Positions 59,101 through 64,000 of a stretch of 64,000 nucleotides of DNA are shown here, piece after piece (position 1 is the first letter of the stretch; every line of letters begins with the position of its first letter). This DNA is from a virus (Duplodnaviria > Caudoviricetes): positions 27,055-91,054 of the IMG/VR virus record IMGVR_UViG_3300028797_000139, one strand, 5' to 3'. A program made the position numbers and the translations under genes. The notes under the pieces are model-generated. The model ran no database searches. It was not told the origin of the DNA and saw only the letters and a program-made list of their open reading frames with translations.

Positions 59101-62100
59101 TAACCAATCTTCCACCGCTTGGGCAATTTTAGATTGTTTTATTCTGCAAGCATTACATTTATCTTTATGTTCATAAATTAAATGACTTGCGTCTACTGTA
59201 AAATCTGCACCACAAGCACATCTTGCTTTAAGATAATATCCGGTTCCCTTAAATTCTTGGTCGTATATATAACATCCATTATTACGCTTTTCCATAAGCA
59301 AGCGAATATTATATAGCGAATAAGGATTTCTCACAGAAAATTTTTCAAAGGTACTGCCCTGTAAAAATCTGGATGCAGTAATAATACCCTTATATCCTTC
59401 TTTGTCTTGCACTTCTACTTTTTCTTTAGTTGACCGAATATTATTACTCAACAATGTTAAACCCATTTCTTTCGCTTTATCATAATAAACGGACATGGGC
59501 GTTCTTCTGTTTTCAGTATAATTTGCTTCATATCGAATTTTGCGATAACAAGTCGCGCAAACTTTATTGTCAGCATGAACAAAATTGGCCCAAGTAGTTT
59601 TATATGTTTTTCCACAAAAACCACACAAAAATACTAATTTAGAATTACCGCTTAAATAATCTTGCTTTTTTGACAACAGAACGGTATTAGTAGTCACATA
59701 ATTGTCCATATAATATATTATATTTTCCCAAAAATATGTATTTTTAATACTAAATGGTTTGCTATATGCTTGTGTCTTATCTAAGGCATCTTCCACCGTC
59801 CGCAGACTTCGATTAAATAAATACCCGTCTACATTTTTACATTTCATAGGGGTATCGACGCTTTTATAAACGGTTGATAATAATTCTAATTTAGCCAAAG
59901 AAAAAATATATTTGGCTTCCTCCAATGTTCTTCTTTTCATAAATTCCTTCCCCTTATGCTTTCACATAAGATTAGATTATTTCTTCACCCCTGATTAAAG
60001 GGGGTCTGCCATTTCGATTTAAGGGAATTTCACCCGCCAGCTTTGGCCCTACTCCTATTGCGATTCAGTCGCCAAGGGATAATCGTTTGACACACTCCTG
60101 TTCGGAGCTTCGCGCCCAAAGACCCATTATTACAACACTTAGGCTTTTAACCTTATGTCATCCTTGCTGTTTTTAACACTTTCGCACATTCACGCTCGTC
60201 AATCTTTCAAGACCACGTTGTAGTCGCAAGGCTTTAGGGATTACTGGGTTTAGACAAATACTTATAATGCACATTACTGTACACTTAGGGACTACTCTCC
60301 CCGTGCGGTTTTAGCACCGTTTCTATTGATTTCTGTTATTGCCGTCATGAGACCTAAGGTTTGTTCGTATGTAACACCACCAATAGACAAGGCGGCACTG
60401 GCTTTTCCGATGTTCGTTGCTACGTTTTTGTTTTGCAAGTACGCTACGCTTGCAGAATATTGGATAAATATTCCTTATACTTTCATATAAGACCAGCATA
60501 TTTCTTCATCCTTTATTAATTAAAGGAGTCCCCCATTTTCAATAGCCTTATAGCGATTAACTATTTACTTTATGCGTTTGACACACCCCTATTCAGGGCT
60601 TCGCGCCCAATGACCCATTGCACAAACACTTAGATTTTTCAATCATATGCCATCCATACATTTTTTAATACTTTCGCGCTTTCACACTTACGCTTATTTC
60701 ATCGTTATGTTGTAGCAGTATGGCTTTAGGGATTACTGGGTTTAGAGGGAAGCTAAGTGCATATTACTATACACATGACCTATTTTATTAAGTCAGCACT
60801 ACTCACCGAAAAGTTATTTGAGACTTCATTATTTTATATTGATTATAGTTGCCAACTATAATTGATTAAATAATTTAATCACTTATAAATTTCTTTATAA
60901 GAATCGACCATATCTTTCACATTTAATCTGTGATAGGGCGTTTCGGAAATAGGCACTTTTTCCTACTCTACTCGTTTCGTGCTTATGCCTTATTCTATTC
61001 ATAATATTATATCATAAATAGTTACATTTGTCAAGTTAATACTTGATTACTTTCGATGGTCTGTGAACCTTACTGCATATTTCTATGTAGTCTTGGATGC
61101 GGATTGTCCAATTTTTATCTTTGTTACTATACCCTGAATCATTACTTCAAGCCCTTAAAACATTACTGCTTTAAGTTAGTAGATAAAACTCTAAGGATGT
61201 CCCCGTCAATTAACCCTATAGCCGCCAATTTTTAGTCAACGGCATCAATGATATGCTCGGCATTTTCTGCTTCAATATTAAACGCTTTCATTTGGCTAAT
61301 AATAAAGTTAGCAGATTCGCCAGCACTTAATGCTTCATCGGCTACATTTTGATATTCCGTAGATATTAAAGCTAATGTTTTACTATCTTCTTCATTGAAA
61401 CCAGACTTTTTGAAATTAGTAGCCGCATCTACCATTTCGCTTGCAGTTCTGGCAGTAATTTGTCCTAATTGTCCTAACTCTTCAACATATTGTTCTAATC
61501 CTGAGCCACGGAGGTCTGACACCTTTTTAACGTATTGTTCAGTTAAAATTTAACTTTCATTAAATACCGATTCGTAACATCGTACCCGTTATATACATAA
61601 CAGCTTTATATTTCTATAAAGACCAGACTATATCTTACTCTTTTATTAAAGAGCCACACCACTACCCAACGATTTTAGGGATTATAGTCGTTGAACCTTC
61701 CTCTTTTCGAGGCTTGGATGCTGATTATCCATTTTATAATACTTAGGATTTAACCATATATCATTTTATGATTTTTTTCTGCTTTCGCCACTATCACGCT
61801 TATGTTATTTCACCATTACGTTGTAGTATCATAAACTTTAGGAAGTCCCAGCAATTCAATGTGTTTATATTTTATCTCACGATAAAATAGAGCCTAAATT
61901 AACTCAGTTATTGCCGCATCTAATTCATACGTTTGTTCTGCCATACTTTCTGCCACATCAATAAACTCACGCATAATAGCGTTAGCAACAGAAATAGACA
62001 TTTCAAAACCCGAAGTATCGGCATGAACCCCAACAGTTACAGGATTAGTATTTAGTTGACTTTGTATATCGGCTGTGTCCAGTTTTACTTTTGCCAAAAT

Positions 62101-62118
62101 ACTAAACTGGTCTGCCAT
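53159..62118 (-). CDS. tail tape measure protein, six exons: 62118-61902, 61530-61239, 60831-60791, 60422-60299, 58750-58412, 58091-53159 (1981 aa predicted)
   Basis: exon lengths 217+292+41+124+339+4933=5946 nt, one open frame; junction peptides AITEFKKVSDL, IIDAVNEVSNNF, SSADLATNIG, KTARGLVSVQ, YMESLEAQTN are typical TMP sequence. Confidence 0.88.
58092..58411 (-). ncRNA. TMP group I intron 5 (320 nt, no ORF)
   Basis: P1 AGCCU/GGGCU with U.G; R TTCATCGACCA, S AAGATATGGTC; ends in G. Confidence 0.88.
58751..60298 (-). mobile_element. TMP group I intron 4 (1548 nt) with endonuclease ORF; junction ambiguous by 1 nt
   Basis: IGS AGTCCCT pairs with ligated GGGGACT; R TCAAACGATTA, S AAGAAATAATCT; ORF lies after P9. 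Confidence 0.82.
58759..59940 (-). CDS. intron-encoded endonuclease: Zn-ribbon repeats plus Vsr/DUF559-like (EDxHD-type) nuclease domain
   Basis: CGFC/CATC/CACG/CNAC; FDFY...IEVDGLQH...NDSVKNQFC...LIRLP. Confidence 0.85.
   Translation of the reverse strand: MKRRTLEEAKYIFSLAKLELLSTVYKSVDTPMKCKNVDGYLFNRSLRTVEDALDKTQAYSKPFSIKNTYFWENIIYYMDNYVTTNTVLLSKKQDYLSGNSKLVFLCGFCGKTYKTTWANFVHADNKVCATCYRKIRYEANYTENRRTPMSVYYDKAKEMGLTLLSNNIRSTKEKVEVQDKEGYKGIITASRFLQGSTFEKFSVRNPYSLYNIRLLMEKRNNGCYIYDQEFKGTGYYLKARCACGADFTVDASHLIYEHKDKCNACRIKQSKIAQAVEDWLKLNKIIYTKEKIFDGCRGKKGKLLQFDFYVSDKNICIEVDGLQHFKPVTWFGATKEEAEENFNILKSNDSVKNQFCLQNGITLIRLPFWQIEHSEEYKTILGKFFPSKSSELG
60423..60790 (-). ncRNA. TMP group I intron 3 (368 nt, no ORF)
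   Basis: P1 UGACU/GGUCA with U.G; P7 variant GCATA/TATGC; ends in G; core similar to intron 4. Confidence 0.85.
60832..61238 (-). ncRNA. TMP group I intron 2 (407 nt), apparently ending in A rather than G
   Basis: IGS ATTGGCGGC pairs with ligated GCCGTTAAT; R TTCACAGACCA, S AAGATATGGTCG. Confidence 0.82.
61006..61034 (-). promoter_or_regulatory. sigmaA consensus promoter inside TMP intron 2
   Basis: TTGACA-17-TATAAT with extended TG on the minus strand. Confidence 0.65.
61531..61901 (-). ncRNA. TMP group I intron 1 (371 nt, no ORF)
   Basis: P1 GAGU/GCUC with U.G; P AATTGCTGG, Q AATCAGCA, R TTCAACGACTA, S AAGATATAGTCT; ends in G. Confidence 0.9.
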
Positions 62119-62179
62119 TACTTCACGCTCCTTTATAATGAAAAAAGGTGTGGATTCCCACACCTAATTTCAGAGTCGC

Positions 62180-62395
62180 TTACATCTTACCTTTTCTCAG
62201 CCAATCAATATCAGCATAATTTTCATCCATATGCTTATCAATTGGATTGCTTTCATACTTCTTTTTGTAATCATTATTTGACTTAATAGCAGAAATAATT
62301 AAACTCCACACAAAAGCCAAAAATGACACAACACACAAAATTGTTATACCATTGCCAGTTGCAAGTGCGGCAATCAACAGAAACAAACTAATCAT
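62180..62395 (-). CDS. small membrane protein with its own promoter (moron-like)
   Basis: GAGGTG SD, ATG at 62395, hydrophobic N-half. Confidence 0.6.
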   Translation of the reverse strand: MISLFLLIAALATGNGITILCVVSFLAFVWSLIISAIKSNNDYKKKYESNPIDKHMDENYADIDWLRKGKM

Positions 62396-62414
62396 ATTTA
62401 TCACCTCTGTTTGT

Positions 62415-62443
62415 AGTATAACACATATTTCTTCATTTGTCAA
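62415..62443 (-). promoter_or_regulatory. sigmaA promoter in the late region
   Basis: TTGACA-17-TATACT with extended TG. Confidence 0.7.
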
Positions 62444-62960
62444 GCACTTTTCCAAATATCTTTTTATCAATTTGAGATTTTCCCAAAAGAATAGCATCAC
62501 TAATATCATCTTCATTGAATTTGCTTGAGGGAGATTTATAGACCAAAGACAAATTAAATTCTTTATTAGCCATTTCTACAGACTTTCGTTTTAATTCATC
62601 CCTTTTAGTCCCTTGACGCGAACCATCGAATAGCCCCAAAGGACTACGCCATTTAGAAGGAAGAACAAACTCAATATCAATATTTTTGAAAGCACTCAAC
62701 CCATATACCAAGCCTTGTACAGCACCAAGCATAATGGCAACTTTAATGCCGCCCTTGGTGCTTAAAGGCACATCTTCTACAAAAATCTTATCAGGCTTAT
62801 ACTGTCTAAATAATTTATTTAATTGTTTGCCAATTTCATAAATTCTTTCACGCCAATTAGGATTGAAAGATTTAACCATACCATAATCTATTAGTTCTTT
62901 ATTGTCGAAAACAGCATACCCACTTGATTTTGTACTTAAATCTAAAGCTATAATTTTCAT
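62433..62960 (-). CDS. ruvC: RuvC-like Holliday junction resolvase
   Basis: IIALDLS...GYA, FVED, PSKWR, EDISDAILLG. Confidence 0.8.
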   Translation of the reverse strand: MKIIALDLSTKSSGYAVFDNKELIDYGMVKSFNPNWRERIYEIGKQLNKLFRQYKPDKIFVEDVPLSTKGGIKVAIMLGAVQGLVYGLSAFKNIDIEFVLPSKWRSPLGLFDGSRQGTKRDELKRKSVEMANKEFNLSLVYKSPSSKFNEDDISDAILLGKSQIDKKIFGKVLDK

Positions 62961-62966
62961 AATTTA

Positions 62967-63455
62967 TCAATCAAAAGTAATGTGTAATCCTGCTTTTCTC
63001 GCTCCTGCCCTAATCCACGTTCTCATTTTAGGGCCACCAACAATTCTTATTAATTCTTTCCAAGCATCACGTTCAGCAGTCCAAAATCCATGACCAAAAA
63101 TATCGCCAGCAAGACCATTATAAATAATATCTGCCAAACTATCACGCACATCTTTCATAAGACCATAATCGCCTAAAGCAACGCTTGCGTGTGTTCCGGG
63201 CCAAATAGATACAATTTTTTCAGGGTCATACTTAAATTCACCTGTAGTTCCATCGCCACCACTTTCAGTAATTTCCCCTGTCCAAGCGTCCCTAAATTCA
63301 TAAGTTCGTTCATATTCAGCAGGAGAAAAGCTATAAACCACACGATTAATTTCCTTTTTATTCCATTCCTCGATACCTTTCAAAATCTCTTCGACAATGA
63401 TTTGAATTTTAGGTGCTAAAAATGCTCTTACTTCACTTTCGTTGGAACAATCCAA
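62967..63455 (-). CDS. putative head-tail/tail-completion protein
   Basis: VY..SP..YERT motif; position. Confidence 0.5.
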   Translation of the reverse strand: MDCSNESEVRAFLAPKIQIIVEEILKGIEEWNKKEINRVVYSFSPAEYERTYEFRDAWTGEITESGGDGTTGEFKYDPEKIVSIWPGTHASVALGDYGLMKDVRDSLADIIYNGLAGDIFGHGFWTAERDAWKELIRIVGGPKMRTWIRAGARKAGLHITFD

Positions 63456-63458
63456 CCA

Positions 63459-63908
63459 TTATTCCTTCTTAATTATGTCTTGGGATAAAGATTCCAATTT
63501 ATCAGTAAGAATCTTAGACAACTCTGCAACAATTCTATCCCAAGAACGTGTAAAATCAAAAGCAACTTCTAATTGCCAATAATTAACAATATTAGCCTTT
63601 ACAGCATCAATAACACCACTTTGTAACAATGTGTCATGAGAAATTTTTACTAAATCTTCTTGCTTAATATCTGTAGTCAATAATAAAACAAAAATATCAA
63701 TATTTTTTTGATATTCAGACCAACTATCTTGCTTTACAATTGAGCCATCTTCCCTTTTCTTTACAGTACCATCTTTATTTACTTGAGGCTTTGCCATGTT
63801 TTCCAAAACATTATTAACAATAGCCTGAATATTGGCATATGTTAAATATTTATTAACATGAATATCATAATCCTTCAAATAAACAGTAGTCTTTTCAGGA
63901 ATAACCAT
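63459..63908 (-). CDS. hypothetical protein (possible tail assembly chaperone)
   Basis: ORF upstream of the TMP region. Confidence 0.5.
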   Translation of the reverse strand: MVIPEKTTVYLKDYDIHVNKYLTYANIQAIVNNVLENMAKPQVNKDGTVKKREDGSIVKQDSWSEYQKNIDIFVLLLTTDIKQEDLVKISHDTLLQSGVIDAVKANIVNYWQLEVAFDFTRSWDRIVAELSKILTDKLESLSQDIIKKE

Positions 63909-64000
63909 TCAATTTATTCTCCTTTTAATTTCTTAATTTTATACTGACCATTACGCTGTTTAACCACATCAACATAATCAGGCACAAAGTCAAATGGATT

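Noticed and set aside
58052-62163. TMP region as pseudogene, assembly error or several small genes
   Set aside because: Each interruption has group I core motifs and an IGS, and their removal gives a single open frame
4130-63419. Antisense and alternate-frame track ORFs nested in larger genes (e.g. 6378-6893, 16626-17348, 30668-31309, 43857-44399, 55722-56222)
   Set aside because: Shadow ORFs of well-supported genes; no motifs, and they break the strand organisation
1-64000. Stop-codon reassignment
   Set aside because: Long genes are intact in code 11, breaks are explained by introns, and no suppressor tRNA was seen

Overview
64 kb of an AT-rich tailed dsDNA phage genome, probably infecting an anaerobic Bacillota/Clostridia host (sigmaA-type TTGACA-17-TATAAT promoters, mostly with TG-extended -10; SPbeta-like replication genes; class III RNR). 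The + strand arm (1-36.7 kb) holds a non-coding AT-rich region, six tRNAs, four free-standing HNH-type endonuclease genes, a tyrosine recombinase, a replisome (SSB-like, ATPase, DnaB, primase, RecJ, DnaE, RecD2-like), an IscS-like cysteine desulfurase, a glycosyltransferase/radical-SAM cassette, a DNA methyltransferase and nucleotide-metabolism genes (nrdD, nrdG, thyX, dut). The - strand arm (36.8-64 kb) holds tail, baseplate, lysis and adhesin genes. Reading the raw sequence shows things the ORF track misses. (1) Seven group I introns: five in the tape-measure gene (six exons, predicted 1981 aa), one in nrdD, and one in tRNA-Leu(UAA) at position 31/32; three have non-canonical splice sites. 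(2) A covarying three-way-junction RNA with a palindromic loop and an SD-sequestering pseudoknot in front of three free-standing HNH genes. (3) Seven promoters whose -35/-10 spacer is the reverse complement of the downstream ribosome-binding site. All calls come from manual reading and motif recognition; no searches or folding programs were run.
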